A DNA stretch of 61,983 bases, counting the filler, from Globobulimina sp. (lineage: Eukaryota), in the NCBI GenBank assembly GCA_003354225.1. It is 15 parts of 15 records of this genome, joined end to end, with 100 filler letters (N's around TTAATTAATTAA, not from the genome) between each part and the next. Parts side by side here need not be neighbours in the genome. Positions count along the whole stretch, not along the records: positions 1 to 4,044 come from PIVH01001692.1; positions 4,145 to 8,187 come from PIVH01001693.1; positions 8,288 to 12,329 come from PIVH01001694.1; 12 more parts are not named here. One strand, written 5' to 3'. This document shows, one piece after another, positions 1 through 12,200 of this stretch. The notes under the pieces are model-generated. The model worked only from the letters and a program-made list of their open reading frames with translations, did not search any database and was not told where the DNA came from. The position numbers and the translations under genes are program-made. The first letter of the stretch is position 1; each line of letters opens with the position of its first letter.

Positions 1-76
1 ATCATATGCGTATCTCTTATCGGGAACACTACTGTACTAGTACCTAGTGCTTCATTTTGAAAAAAAATATTAGTCC

Positions 77-144
77 TTTTTCACTAAGTAATTTTTCACT
101 AAGAAATTTTTCACTAAGAAAGTTTTTCACTAAGAAGTTTTTCA
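77..144. repeat. Short tandem repeat, ~15-16 bp unit TTTTTCACTAAG(A/T)AA, about 4.5 copies
   Basis: Units visible at ~77, 92, 107 and 123, plus a partial copy at ~138. Confidence 0.85.
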
Positions 145-383
145 TTCATATTTCTTACATATTTCATATGAATGAAAAATGAAAAATGTGGCCGTAAGAT
201 TGCCTAATTGTTGAGAGCAATTCAATTAAAATATGAGTAAGCACAATATCCGATCTATGATTCCATAGCAAGTAAGCATGGAATCTCTGGGGGATTCTCT
301 GCATTTGATATTGTATTGTTGAGCGAACCTGCGATTTAGGTTTAGGTTGGTGATAAAAAAATGTTGAAAACGGACTTTGTGAA

Positions 384-953
384 TCATTCAGTGGGTCTTT
401 GTGGGTTTCCCATATCTTTTGCTAAGATAGGCATTCCAACAAATTTTGACCATCTCTTAATTTTATCAGGATGTGGTTCATGCGACGATGCATAGGAACT
501 CATATAAGTTGGTTTATATCCAAAACTGCTTGGCATATTTCCCTGTATTTGTGTCAATAGTCTCCATTCATTTATATCACACTCACCATTCAAATACTTA
601 TCATTATTCTCGTCTGGCGGTATTAAATGCGGATAAAATCCATGTAATTTTTGTGTTTGCCATGCATTTGCAATGCCGTCCGCTCCAATTAAATATACAT
701 TATTTGGATCATTATCATCCTTTTGCTTATTTTGGACAAATGCCACTGGCGGACAGCGTGCAGCAACTTCATTATTGCACAACTGTTGAATGTAATTTTG
801 TATTAACTGTCTATTACCAAAGCCATCCAATGGAATGTTTTCATATTTTATACCCAATGTATCCAGAAATTTAACTGTATGATGACAAAAGGGACACGTC
901 GTATCACTGAATAATACAAATAAATTGTTCTCTAAATACGTATTTACAATCAA
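384..953 (-). CDS. Glutaredoxin-like protein (main exon; a probable upstream exon ends at 1016)
   Basis: FVLFSDTTCPFC active-site motif in a thioredoxin-fold context, PPVAFV cis-Pro region and IGADG. A GT..AG intron at 1015-962 would join an upstream exon (..PNTIR) in frame. Confidence 0.7.
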   Translation of the reverse strand: MIVNTYLENNLFVLFSDTTCPFCHHTVKFLDTLGIKYENIPLDGFGNRQLIQNYIQQLCNNEVAARCPPVAFVQNKQKDDNDPNNVYLIGADGIANAWQTQKLHGFYPHLIPPDENNDKYLNGECDINEWRLLTQIQGNMPSSFGYKPTYMSSYASSHEPHPDKIKRWSKFVGMPILAKDMGNPQRPTE

Positions 954-1304
954 TTCGGCCTCTTGTTATTATATTTAGTTTATTTTTTTATAGCAACACA
1001 GAATAAATAAGTAACCTCTAATTGTGTTTGGCAATGAAAGCATCACAGAACGACCAATATTTTTAGGTTTTTCTTTTGGTTTTATGGATTCTTCCATTTT
1101 ATATTTCAATTTGAATTTATTTGCCAATGCTAATGCATCTAACATGTCATTATTAGATCGGATGTTTTTTTGATGAAAACGAATTGAAATTGCAATAAAT
1201 TTCTGTTTGGTATTATTAAAATATGTTGATGTATTTAGCAAAATTCGTGAACACATTTTAAGTGTAACAGAAAAACTTTCAAGTAACAGACATTATTAAA
1301 GTAC

Positions 1305-1937
1305 TTATAATTTAGCTCTGTGAAAGTCTCTGCTAACAATATAATGATATAAAGCAGTGATTGAATCAGGACAATATGGCACACCATTCCTAAATCCTTG
1401 CAGTATTTCCTCAATTGTTTCCAAATGAACACTCTCAACCTCAGTGTCTTGGATTGCAATTTGTTTCGACCAAACACATGAATATAGGTTGCCCCAAACA
1501 CATGTTTTACTGACATCATCTGCATGAAAGAAGCATCCATGATAGCTTAGTTTCTGATCATTGTTTAACAAATCTATTCCCATTTCTTCCATTAATTCTC
1601 GATATGCATTGTCCTCATTAGTTTCTCCAGCATCAACAATACCTCCTGTACACGGATCAAAATATCCAGGACAATAATCCTTTGTTGTTACTCTCTTTTG
1701 AACATACAATTGATTCTTTTCATTGAATATTAGAATATAGCTTGCTCGATGAACTAAATTCTGTGCTCTCATTTCTTGCCTTGTAACAGCTCCAATAATA
1801 TTATTATTTTTATCCACATGCATTATTAGTTCTTCATCTGATTTTTTTCGCGCTGAAATCAATTCTTTCATTGTTGCTGCTGTGCTGAATGGGCGTAACA
1901 TGTTTGATATCACTCGTAGCCGTATTAATGACATCAT
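1305..1937 (-). CDS. Nudix hydrolase (YfcD/IDI-like subgroup), possible N-terminal targeting peptide
   Basis: Nudix box GGIVDAGETNEDNAYRELMEEMGI, plus HRASYILIFN and QKRVTTKDYCPGYFD motifs. Confidence 0.9.
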   Translation of the reverse strand: MMSLIRLRVISNMLRPFSTAATMKELISARKKSDEELIMHVDKNNNIIGAVTRQEMRAQNLVHRASYILIFNEKNQLYVQKRVTTKDYCPGYFDPCTGGIVDAGETNEDNAYRELMEEMGIDLLNNDQKLSYHGCFFHADDVSKTCVWGNLYSCVWSKQIAIQDTEVESVHLETIEEILQGFRNGVPYCPDSITALYHYIVSRDFHRAKL

Positions 1938-1994
1938 GTTTCACTTATTTTTTCCGAAAAGCTGTACTGTGAAATACCATTTCTTTTTCGGATA

Positions 1995-3920
1995 ATGTCT
2001 TCCGCAATGTTGTTCGTGTTTGTATATTGCACCTTTTCTGTATTACTCCACCTCATAAACTCCCAAGAATTGATCCAATCCGCTCATTTAAAACCATCAT
2101 CTATTTCAACATTATCCGGTATTTCGGTGTACACCGGTTCAGGAATAACTGTTGTGGATGATAAATGGAGTGTGAATGTGGTATCACAACAAGGAGCAGA
2201 TCTGCACATAGCAATGGGTCCAAGCTGGGGTTTCCATCCATTATACCCGTCATCAATACAGTTATATATCCAAGGCAGTACATCTGCGGAAACCTATAAC
2301 AACGATGGCGAAATATTATTTGTATTCAGTGTTGACAATGAATATTTTGCTGAAATGATATCAATTGATACAAAAAAAATGTCGTTTAAAGAATGTCCGA
2401 GGAGTAATACAGATTTAATACGCCGCAATATATCACAAATGATTAACACTCTGAAACCAGACCGTTATTACAGATTTTGTAAAAACGCTATAAATACACA
2501 ACAAAACATTGATTATTGGGATAATGTTGCTTCAACGTATAAGAAACCTGCATATTGGCCAATGTGTATAACAATTACATATAATCCAATATTAAATGTA
2601 ATATCATATTCATGGACAGACTCAAATGTAACAAGCAACAAAGTAACATCGCAATACACCTCTCCACTGGATATAGCTCAGAAAGCAATCAATATCTATC
2701 TATCCGGTGATAGTATACACGAGGATTTCTATATATTTTCAATCGATGTCGGTTATAGCCATAATATTACTGCTAACCCTACAACAGATCCAACAAAATA
2801 TCCAACGGCATATCCAACAACGCCGCCTACAACAAATCCCACAGCATATCCAACAGCATATTCTACCGCAAATCCCACAGCATATCCAACAACATATTCT
2901 ACAACAAATCCAACAGTGTTACCCACTATGTTACCAACTGCATATCCAACTTATTTGCCAACTGCATTGGCAACAAACCCTCCAATTTGGATAGTTAACA
3001 CTACAAATATATTTATACAAACCTCAAAGTATAAAAAGTATACAACTTTTGCGAGAGAATCACCATCAGATAATACGTTGTACAATACATTAATAAATGT
3101 AAATGAGAAAGAATATTATGAATCAACCACAGAAATACCATCTAATTACGATTCTGAAGAATTTGCGAAAATAGAAGATAATGCAAAATCATCGTGGCTG
3201 TTTCATGATTTTCAAGCAATGCTGGTAATGGTATTTTTCATTAGTTGGTTGCCGTTGTTTGGTGTTGCATATTACAAAAAGAAATGCACTAAAAAGAAAA
3301 TAAAGAAATTGAGTATACATAAAGTTGACTATGTGGATGACAACAATGACAATGACAGCAATTGTAATAATATTAATGTTAATGATATAGAAATAATAGA
3401 ATCAACGTTTGGTGGTCATGGTAGTTGCTACAAATCAGAATCTGCAATGATTGCTCGTGAGATTACTGAGGATGTTACGCCTGATATTATGCCTGGTGTT
3501 GAGGAGGACGTGGATGATGTTATTGGTGATGATTTGACAATAAATGTAACAAAAAATAGTTCAATATCAGAGCTGGGAGCTAGTAATACTATGAATAATT
3601 CATCATCAACATCGGTATCCTCCTCACCCTCAACATCGTCATCCTCAAATTTGCCAATGCTAAAATGGCATAACTCGACACGATCAGAAACAGAATGGAA
3701 TGATGGCGAAAAATCAGAGACTGAGTGGAGATTATCACCGAAAGAACTAAAAGAAGGTAATAGTAAAAGTTTAAACAATTTACATATTAAACATTCATTA
3801 ATCCAACAACAATTTTGTCAACAATACAAGTCAGCGAGCAACCATTCATTCCTCAAACAGAAAACCAAAAAGAAAAAAGCGAGAACATACAAACAAAGCA
3901 TTCAAAGTCTGGATATTTAA
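1995..3920 (+). CDS. Type I membrane protein with signal peptide, PTxxPT mucin-like stalk, one TM helix and acidic/Ser-rich tail
   Basis: Hydrophobic N-terminus, PTAYPT repeats at ~2770-2980, TM segment AMLVMVFFISWLPLFGVAYY followed by KKK. Confidence 0.8.
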   Translation: MSSAMLFVFVYCTFSVLLHLINSQELIQSAHLKPSSISTLSGISVYTGSGITVVDDKWSVNVVSQQGADLHIAMGPSWGFHPLYPSSIQLYIQGSTSAETYNNDGEILFVFSVDNEYFAEMISIDTKKMSFKECPRSNTDLIRRNISQMINTLKPDRYYRFCKNAINTQQNIDYWDNVASTYKKPAYWPMCITITYNPILNVISYSWTDSNVTSNKVTSQYTSPLDIAQKAINIYLSGDSIHEDFYIFSIDVGYSHNITANPTTDPTKYPTAYPTTPPTTNPTAYPTAYSTANPTAYPTTYSTTNPTVLPTMLPTAYPTYLPTALATNPPIWIVNTTNIFIQTSKYKKYTTFARESPSDNTLYNTLINVNEKEYYESTTEIPSNYDSEEFAKIEDNAKSSWLFHDFQAMLVMVFFISWLPLFGVAYYKKKCTKKKIKKLSIHKVDYVDDNNDNDSNCNNINVNDIEIIESTFGGHGSCYKSESAMIAREITEDVTPDIMPGVEEDVDDVIGDDLTINVTKNSSISELGASNTMNNSSSTSVSSSPSTSSSSNLPMLKWHNSTRSETEWNDGEKSETEWRLSPKELKEGNSKSLNNLHIKHSLIQQQFCQQYKSASNHSFLKQKTKKKKARTYKQSIQSLDI

Positions 3921-4044
3921 TGCAATAAATGCATGAAGATGCTTCTCTCATTTTTTTTTTGAATTGTACTTTGTAATATTATTTATTTTTTCAATACTAG
4001 CTTTTTTTATTTTATTTTATTTAGTTATAGCAATTCTTTGACTA

Positions 4045-4144
4045 NNNNNNNNNNNNNNNNNNNNNNNNNNNNNNNNNNNNNNNNNNNNTTAATTAATTAA
4101 NNNNNNNNNNNNNNNNNNNNNNNNNNNNNNNNNNNNNNNNNNNN
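4045..4144. other. Artificial contig linker N44-TTAATTAATTAA-N44 (first of 14). Contigs: 1-4044, 4145-8187, 8288-12329, 12430-16471, 16572-20612, 20713-24753, 24854-28892, 28993-33031, 33132-37169, 37270-41307, 41408-45443, 45544-49579, 49680-53714, 53815-57849, 57950-61983
   Basis: The identical 100-nt spacer, with stops in all six frames, recurs every ~4.14 kb. Contig lengths never increase, as expected for a length-sorted assembly. Confidence 0.98.
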
Positions 4145-6527
4145 AAACATCTATTTCATTTTTAAAACCTCTTTTATTCCATTCCCTCGTTTCGATCTCT
4201 TTTATAATTTCTTTTTCAATATCAATGAAATTGCATTTTGAATATGTATTTATTAGATTATTTTGAATGGATAAATCATATAACAAACAATACTCATTAT
4301 TGTATTTCATTTGTTCAATTCTAAAATATATATTTTCATCAAAATGAACAGATACATTACATTCAGTCAATGCTTTTAAAACTATAGCATACGATATATT
4401 ATTTGGTTCAAAATTGCATTTATCAAACAATTGAATACAATCAAGGTATAATTTATTAATAAAATAACAATTTATCATCGAATTATAGCTAACAATATCT
4501 TTATTTTCATCTGCTATGGATTTAAATATGTTAATTGCATTTAAAATATGTCCGTTTTCGCCATAGAAATTTATCAAACAATTAGTTAACTCCACACTTT
4601 GTATATTGATATCGAATGCATTGTTTTGTTTTATGTGCGTGATAATTTCCTTTCCCTTTTTAAAATTACCGGTGTGATTACATAATGTCAATGCAATGAC
4701 ATGTGATATATCATCACGTTCATACATATTATCATAAATAGATAAGGTTGAAACATAATCGTTGTTATTATAATATTGTTTCATTAAACAATTATAAGTA
4801 TCAACTGTTTTATTTTTAATTTTATTAAATACATTTATTGCATTATTCATATCTCCAAAATGGCCATAAAAATTAATCACTGTATTTATTAATTCCATAT
4901 CGCTCACATACTCCCTCTCTTTCTCATTTATTAACAAATTATTATTAATGATATCAGCACCCATTGCAAAATTATTTGCAGTGATACATGTTTTTAATGC
5001 CAGCATATTTGTGACTGAGTTATGATTTGCATTATGTTTATGATATAATCTCAAGGCTGCTTCAGGTAATTGATTATTTATTAGACATTTCATCATAGCA
5101 CCAACACATACAACGTCAATCATATTCATACAATGTATATTGTCAAATATTTTCTGTGCAGATAGTACATCTCCAAAATGACCGTAAAAATCAATCAATG
5201 TATTCATTAAACCAACACTATGCTTATTATTTATGTTTATATCCATATTACAATCAATTATTTTATTTCCACGCTCAAAATCATTTAAATTTTTGCACGC
5301 TTTGATGGCCAATATGTAAATGACATCGTTCTTCTCTTTATTTGCAAAAAATGCATTATCAAATAACAACAATGCTTTTTCATTTTGACGATGATTAATA
5401 AAACATTTCATCATCACACCAATGCATACAATATCCATCTTTTTATTAGGAATAGAATTAAAAATATTCAATGCTTGGTCTATTTCTCCGCACTCACAAC
5501 TGCCATAAAAATCAATCAAACTGTTTTTCAATTCAACACTCAAATATTTATTATTTTTATTGTTTAAAATATTTGTTTCAATCAATATTTTGCCAGTTTT
5601 ATGATTATTACTCTTCATCAATGCTTGAACCAGCAAATTGTTGGATATATTGTCATGTTGCAATGGATGCAGTGTGTGATGCAATTTTATGGCTTCTTCA
5701 TATTGAACATTATCGATGCAACATTTCATCATGACACTGATTGATACAATATCAATATTATTTTTCTTTACATATTTAAACACATTCCACGCAGTGTCTA
5801 TCTCTTTAAAATGACCATAAAATGTAATTAATGTGTTTAACAATTCAATATTTACATTTTCATTGCTTTTATAATCTATATTGTCATTAATGATATTTAT
5901 TCCTTTTTCATATTGGTTGCCATTTATACACGCTACAATCACTAAATTATGCAAAATATCATTATGCAAATATTTATACTTTTGGTATAATGATATTATT
6001 TGTTCATTTTTATTGTGGTTTAAAAGGCATTTCATTATTGTTCCAACGCAAACATTATCTTTTTCTGTCGGCGCAATGTTATTAAATATGTTTAATGCTT
6101 TGTTTGCTTCGCCAAATATCCCATATCCATTCATTAAATTTGTTTTCGTTGCAAGTGAGAGATTATTAATATCATTGTTTTGTATGTAATCTAATATTTT
6201 AACATATTCATTCTTGTTATTGTTGTTATTCCTATTTTCTTGTTTGCTGGCATTAACACAACATTTTATTAATAATGTATGAGACATTCCATTTATTTTT
6301 GAGTTCATAATGTCCTCAGAGATAGTAAGTATTTTATGAGGCGAATGACAGGAAAATATGTTTAATAGTCCATTGATTGAATGATAGTTTTTCTTACCAT
6401 TAATATTATGATAAATATTTAAAGCTTTCATTACAATTAATCTTTTATCATTGGACACACACAATTTTTTCATCAATTCCACTGCTTCAAAATTTGTAAG
6501 CTTTTGAGCCACTTTATCCATTATCAA
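4145..6527 (-). CDS. Pentatricopeptide-repeat (PPR) protein, 3' end truncated by contig edge
   Basis: Many ~35-aa repeats of the form NTLIDFYGHFGD..A..IF..I...D.V....MMKC. Confidence 0.9.
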
Positions 6528-6650
6528 AATAACTTAATAGATACCAACAGCAGTTAGTGAAAAGAAACATTAATTTCCATACTTTTCAGTTCTGCAGTGA
6601 CATGCTTTTAAATTGTTCCACAAGTTTTTTTAATAATAATAAATAAATAA

Positions 6651-8171
6651 ATGGTGCTATCAATGTCCACTTTAGAAACCATATGGTCGCTAATATTCAT
6701 TACCTATAAAACTCACATTACTGAATGCCAACTAAATGAATGGATGAAAGAAACGGGGCCAAATGGTGAGGAGATATGGCGATCAACCTCCGATTTTGTG
6801 CCAGTCGAATCGCAGTCATTTGGAAACATCACACTCGGACAAATAATGAGCATGGAATTTGATTTTACCTTTTGGGGAAGAACCAATTATCCACAAAGCG
6901 GATTTTATGAAATGTTTTTTCGCGTTGGCTATGACGCCGCCCTTAGTCGCGGCTGCAATGGAGAAGGTTCACGATATCCATCGTTTTGGCTCACAAACAA
7001 CGCGGATACAATGCACGTGTCCGTATCTTCAGGCACCTCCTGTCAACCATTGCAGTCACTCAGTGACTACGGCACAATCACCATCGGCGCGACCTACCAC
7101 ATCAACATTGCATTCAACAACACCGAGTTACAGGTCACTGTCAACGACAACTGGCATAAAAGCTGGAGCAGGCAACCTATTCCAAAAACGTATCTCGGTG
7201 ACACTGTTCCAATATGGTTCATGTCCAATAAATACGCCGGTGCTTTCAACCTCGGCAACGCCACTTTGAGCAACATAACGCTCACATCGAATATGTTCAG
7301 TATCGCACCCACAAATGCGCCTACAAATCCGAGCAGAACTCCAACAAAGATGCCATCGCTTGCACCCGCTATGACGCCCACTATGACGCCTACTATGAGG
7401 CCCCCTATGAGGGCAACTCTCGACGGGATAATCTCTGAGAGCACAACTGCCGTACAGCCAGTACAGGGCAATGAGAAGAATAGTTTGCTGGATACGACCG
7501 TGGCCGCAGTGGTTATCGCAGTGATGGCAGGCTCGTGTTGTGTGATCTGTGGCATTGTGATATTGTGTAAGCGTAGGAATAAGATAGAAAAATGTCACTC
7601 AGAGACTGATAATGGAATGCGTGCACACCGAAAACAACAACATATTGAGATGCGGAGTGCAGACAATAAACACGTACACATATCCATAAGCGGCGAAGAT
7701 AAGTATAATGAACCTATTTTTACGCCTGACGGAGTGATAAAAAACCAGATTTTAGGCATTGTGGATACATGTGATCAGGGAGAATATTTATCGCCTGCGC
7801 AGAAGGAGCAGTTATATTCAACTCCCAAAGGACCGGATACAAAGGATATCGATGAGGACAATGGTTTGTATGATGTGTCTTTGAGGAAGGCGCAATGTGA
7901 GCAAACGTTGGTTGATGCTGATGATGATAAGACGAGTGATGAGGAGGTGCTTAGTCTGAGGACAGACGGATATATTGGAGCTGGAGAAATAGACAATGAT
8001 GACAATGATGGCAGCAGTTTGAGTGAAATGAGTGATGTTGTAATAGGGAACAAACTAACCATCGGGGCAGAGGTGGGAGATGATGATGAAAACGAACATG
8101 AATATGAATATGATGATGATAGTTTAAGTGAATTGAATGAAAGTGATGATAATTTTGTTACAATGCAGTAA
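6651..8171 (+). CDS. Type I membrane protein with a beta-sandwich (possibly ConA/LamG-like) ectodomain, PT-rich stalk, TM helix and acidic tail
   Basis: Signal peptide, beta-rich segment (RYPSFWL..TMHVSVS..YHINIAFN), PTMTPT repeats and TM segment VAAVVIAVMAGSCCVICGIVILC. Confidence 0.7.
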   Translation: MVLSMSTLETIWSLIFITYKTHITECQLNEWMKETGPNGEEIWRSTSDFVPVESQSFGNITLGQIMSMEFDFTFWGRTNYPQSGFYEMFFRVGYDAALSRGCNGEGSRYPSFWLTNNADTMHVSVSSGTSCQPLQSLSDYGTITIGATYHINIAFNNTELQVTVNDNWHKSWSRQPIPKTYLGDTVPIWFMSNKYAGAFNLGNATLSNITLTSNMFSIAPTNAPTNPSRTPTKMPSLAPAMTPTMTPTMRPPMRATLDGIISESTTAVQPVQGNEKNSLLDTTVAAVVIAVMAGSCCVICGIVILCKRRNKIEKCHSETDNGMRAHRKQQHIEMRSADNKHVHISISGEDKYNEPIFTPDGVIKNQILGIVDTCDQGEYLSPAQKEQLYSTPKGPDTKDIDEDNGLYDVSLRKAQCEQTLVDADDDKTSDEEVLSLRTDGYIGAGEIDNDDNDGSSLSEMSDVVIGNKLTIGAEVGDDDENEHEYEYDDDSLSELNESDDNFVTMQ

Positions 8172-8287
8172 AATGCTGGATGTCAATNNNNNNNNNNNNN
8201 NNNNNNNNNNNNNNNNNNNNNNNNNNNNNNNTTAATTAATTAANNNNNNNNNNNNNNNNNNNNNNNNNNNNNNNNNNNNNNNNNNNN

Positions 8288-8693
8288 GATCCAATATGTT
8301 ACAATCTCCCTTTTTTGAGGCAATCAATGAGTTATCAAATCTGATCATTTGACCAACGGGTTTTTCCATTGTAATAGCACACCAAAACGCGTTATCACCA
8401 TTCTTTGTGCATACATTCTTATCAATTTTATAAATACATAAAAGATGTTCTTCATCGAATTCATCTTTGTGTCGAAACATAACATCTAATATATCTGTGT
8501 CTGTGCCAGCACAAATCTTTTCATTCTTTGACATAATTTGCTTTTTTAAAAATTTAATAATTTCTTCTTTCTCGAATTCAAGAGCTAATCCTAATAAACA
8601 TTTATCGTTGTCTTCGTCATAAACACCGTAGCATCCAACATATATTTGCCGCTCCAGTATTCCATCATGGTCAATCGGCTTAGATTTCAACAT
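8288..8693 (-). CDS. Exon with ankyrin-like motifs, probably a downstream exon of the XK-related gene; truncated by contig edge
   Basis: LGLALEFEKEEIIKFL and NVCTKNGDNAFWCAI resemble ankyrin repeats. Same strand and ~110 nt downstream of the XK ORF. Confidence 0.4.
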
Positions 8694-8801
8694 ATCCTTT
8701 ATTTATGTGTCAAAAGTTAAAGTGTTAACTCATATTTATGTTGCTTTGTGATCTGAATTCAAGTTATCTTTATACAGTACATATGGCAAGAATTATCAGA
8801 G

Positions 8802-10481
8802 TCATATAGCAATCCTAAAACAAGGTTGTATGTACAACTGTGAATATACTGCAAATATCCGCAAGCCTACAAACACTGTTTGTATCTGACAGTATAACGT
8901 TGTCTCGATCGCGACATAATATATCACTTTGAGATTATTTAAACATACATGTAAAACTCTGGAAGTTGCCGCCTCGTTCTTAAAGACGCGATGTTGAATT
9001 AATATTGAAAAAAGAGTCGGTGATACAAGCACCGCGCCACAGCAATATATAAAAAGCCTATAAGCACTGGAAACATGTCGCGCTAAATCAGCTCTACTGT
9101 CATAATGCGCACATTTTGGACATTCAAATTGAATGAATAACCAAACCCCAATCAATACCAATAAAATAATATTTGTTATTGACCGATAAAGAAAAAGCAG
9201 TCCCGATATACGTTTAGTTTCATTCCCCAACGCCACAGCCAACGCAACCACACTAAATAAAAATTCCCAATGTTTTGTCGCGGCTGAAATTACTACGCAC
9301 ATTGAGAACTCCACAAAAATTATCACAGATAAAGCCAGTCCACCCACTATGGTCCAAATAAGAACCATCATAAACAGCCTCGAAGTGACATCAAGAGCTC
9401 GCCATATAACTCGCAACACATAAAACCATGACAACGGAGGGCGTTCTAATATCATAATACGATCAAAAACTGAATATTTATCAAACCGCCACATAGAAAC
9501 TTTTTTTTTAGCTCTGTCAACTACAGATTTCCGCAGCGATCGTCTTGTAACAACCTCAGCTTTGTCCATAGATCTGAGATACGAATGAGGTCGATCCAGG
9601 TCCTTTACGTGATCTACGTATTCATGACCTTCATAATATATCATATCCATTGCTTTTACAAATATTATAACCGGATACACCAACATCGATGCTATAATTA
9701 CACACATTACGATACAAAAACCAATCAATGTATCGGCCAATGCTTGACATGAAAATTCTATATGAAATCCACGTGCTTTTGCATATTCGTGCACCACAGT
9801 CTTATCATCAGCGATTAATTTAGAAATGATGCTTAACATAGACAATAATAATGATACTATAATAGTTGGACTAAATCCATGCGTATTAACTAAATAAACC
9901 AACTGAATGAGTGCTTGCGGGGTGGATTCCAGCACGGCCTCCATCGCAGTAATCCATCTCTGTGGATTTGATGGTTCCTTTAGACCGCAGATATAATTCG
10001 TATACAAGGTTATATATAATTCAATATCAAAGAGTTGGTATACTAAACGTATGCATTGCCGGTCAGTGTAATGATAGACTAAATATGCACTAAGCACGCG
10101 ATAGAATACTAACGTGGACACTGCCAAATAAAATAAATACCACATATTTAATCCATTGCAGGCAGCCCAATCATTGTGGTATTTGGTTTGGGCTAATTCG
10201 TAGAATTGCAGTGCTACAGAAACGTCAGTGACTTGGTCAAAAATGTGCGCGATAATTGGAATGTAGCATCGTTTTCTTTTTGATAAATCACGACACCACG
10301 CGATAAATTCTTCGAAACATGAACGATCGTGAAAATTGAAACCGTCATGAACTGCACGATAGGAATATACACTTACAATTATTAATAAAATCAAATAAAT
10401 TCCGCCGTACACTATAATAATAGTTTGTGATATTGGGGAAGATACGGAGCAAGATACGGTCGCATCTGCACCTGTGTCCAT
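8802..10481 (-). CDS. XK-related (Xkr scramblase family) multi-pass membrane protein
   Basis: HIFDQVTDV and EAVLESTPQALIQL motifs typical of the XK family, with multiple TM segments. The ORF 3' end probably runs into an intron. Confidence 0.75.
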   Translation of the reverse strand: MDTGADATVSCSVSSPISQTIIIVYGGIYLILLIIVSVYSYRAVHDGFNFHDRSCFEEFIAWCRDLSKRKRCYIPIIAHIFDQVTDVSVALQFYELAQTKYHNDWAACNGLNMWYLFYLAVSTLVFYRVLSAYLVYHYTDRQCIRLVYQLFDIELYITLYTNYICGLKEPSNPQRWITAMEAVLESTPQALIQLVYLVNTHGFSPTIIVSLLLSMLSIISKLIADDKTVVHEYAKARGFHIEFSCQALADTLIGFCIVMCVIIASMLVYPVIIFVKAMDMIYYEGHEYVDHVKDLDRPHSYLRSMDKAEVVTRRSLRKSVVDRAKKKVSMWRFDKYSVFDRIMILERPPLSWFYVLRVIWRALDVTSRLFMMVLIWTIVGGLALSVIIFVEFSMCVVISAATKHWEFLFSVVALAVALGNETKRISGLLFLYRSITNIILLVLIGVWLFIQFECPKCAHYDSRADLARHVSSAYRLFIYCCGAVLVSPTLFSILIQHRVFKNEAATSRVLHVCLNNLKVIYYVAIETTLYCQIQTVFVGLRIFAVYSQLYIQPCFRIAI

Positions 10482-10533
10482 TGTGGATGAAAAGTGAAAA
10501 CCTTACGTTTTTTCTAGTTATTATTTTCTGATC

Positions 10534-12033
10534 ATGCTTGGGAACTTCTTGACTGTAAATAGTATCTGTTCTCTATTTATCGTTATCAGAATATACTATA
10601 CATTTACTACCGACAATACTGATGAGATTCATTTGAAAGATAGGCCATGTGATATAGCGAAATCATACATATTGAATGACACATCACATATGATTGCAAT
10701 CGCTAGCAATACTTCGATTATTTACCCGTTACTATCATGTGGTATTCCATATAAATTAGTAACCATTTATAACAACATAGCACCATTAAAATTGCAAATC
10801 CCTAAATCTGTTAATTTAATGCATTTAATTGCTAAAATGTATTCTTTTGAAGTCTCCTTATTTATGCAAGCATGCTTTGTACGGATTTGTAACTTATTAA
10901 ATATATTTGATGTACAATCATGCAAATTATTATATTGTTCATGTATGATAACAATAACTTTATCAACACATAACATCACATCATATCCATTACAATTAAA
11001 CATGTTAATTATTTTTATATGGTTCATATTGGAATCTAGACCGTATTGTAAAGGAAGTACAATATTATTAGTTTTAAGGTATAAATGTATTATCGGATTT
11101 TGACCAGCTTCAATTAAAAAAAACAAATTAATTACAACTCCGTCAAAATCCGATATAATTCTAAGAAATATGATATGCGGCGTATTTGTAACCGTTGGTT
11201 GTTGGATAAATATAATATTTTTATTTTATTCATACCCATACATTATTTATGTATTTATTGACAATGCGATTATTTGGAAAACTAAATCTGAAAATGCACA
11301 GAAAAGTGTATTTAAAACAACATTAAATTTAACAGTTTGGAGTACATTCTTTGCCTTAACTATAATAATCGTATCAATGTATTTGATGGTAACAGATCTG
11401 AGATATTTTAAAGTGGCAAGAATGGTTCCAATGGATCAATTTGACGCTTTCTGGGATGATAATAATTATAATGATAATACATATCCATTCTATAGTCATT
11501 TAATACATAATATACCATATTTATATTCGTTTTTATTTTTTTATTTAATATATTTTGTGTATCGATATAAGCTTTTTGGATTACAAATTGCTTTGTTTTA
11601 TTCAAAGGAAATAGCAGTTTTAGTAAATAAATTGCAAGCAAACGATAAGGATTTTAACAAGAAAATGCGACCTCCAATTTACTTATTAACTTTTTATTAT
11701 GCATTGTTATTAAATTTATTTACAACAATCACTATTTTTTCATTATTCTCCTATCAATCGCATGAATTATTAATTCCATTGTTAGTGCCAATTATAATAT
11801 TATCATCGGCTGTGTTCAAGCCATGGATAACAAATAATGATATTAAAAATGAAACAGATATTCAAAATGCAAAGAGTGATAAAATAAAAGTTATGCAATT
11901 TATAGCAGCCATTCGAGGGAAAGATATGAAAGGAAATGAGTTGACCGCAGAGAATAAGATTCATGTTTTGTTGGTGCTTTTATGGTTTACAAGTAACATT
12001 GTTGCAGCAAGCTTTGTTTCTAAAACACACTGA
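10534..12033 (+). CDS. Multi-pass membrane protein of unknown function (ORFs 10534-11103 and 11170-12033, probably exons of one gene)
   Basis: Consecutive same-strand hydrophobic ORFs; no family recognised. Confidence 0.4.
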
Positions 12034-12052
12034 CCTATGTTTCATGAATCAC

Positions 12053-12177
12053 AGTTAACTTTTTTGGCTTAGTTTCGTTTCATTTCATTTCAACGATTAG
12101 CAAAGTTTTTGGATTAACTATCACTTAACTTTTTTGTCTTAGTTTCGTTTCGTTTCAACGAATTGGCTAAGCCAAAA
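12053..12177. repeat. Dispersed repeat family A (TTTTTTGGCTTAGTTTCGTTTC...AACGATTAGCAAAGTTTTTGGA), two tandem arms and a short inverted end
   Basis: Near-identical to the arms of the hairpin at 23481-23610 on another contig. Confidence 0.75.
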
Positions 12178-12200
12178 CTGTGTGCTTACTCCCGTTCAGC

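Noticed and set aside
2770-2980. 12-bp-period DNA repeat as a non-coding array
   Set aside because: It encodes the PTxxPT stalk of the membrane protein. Similar tracts at ~7310-7410 and ~50520-50710 are also coding.
4045-4144. Recurrent TTAATTAATTAA palindrome as a biological motif
   Set aside because: It is an artificial linker inside N runs. ORFs ending in X..LIN are artefacts of it.
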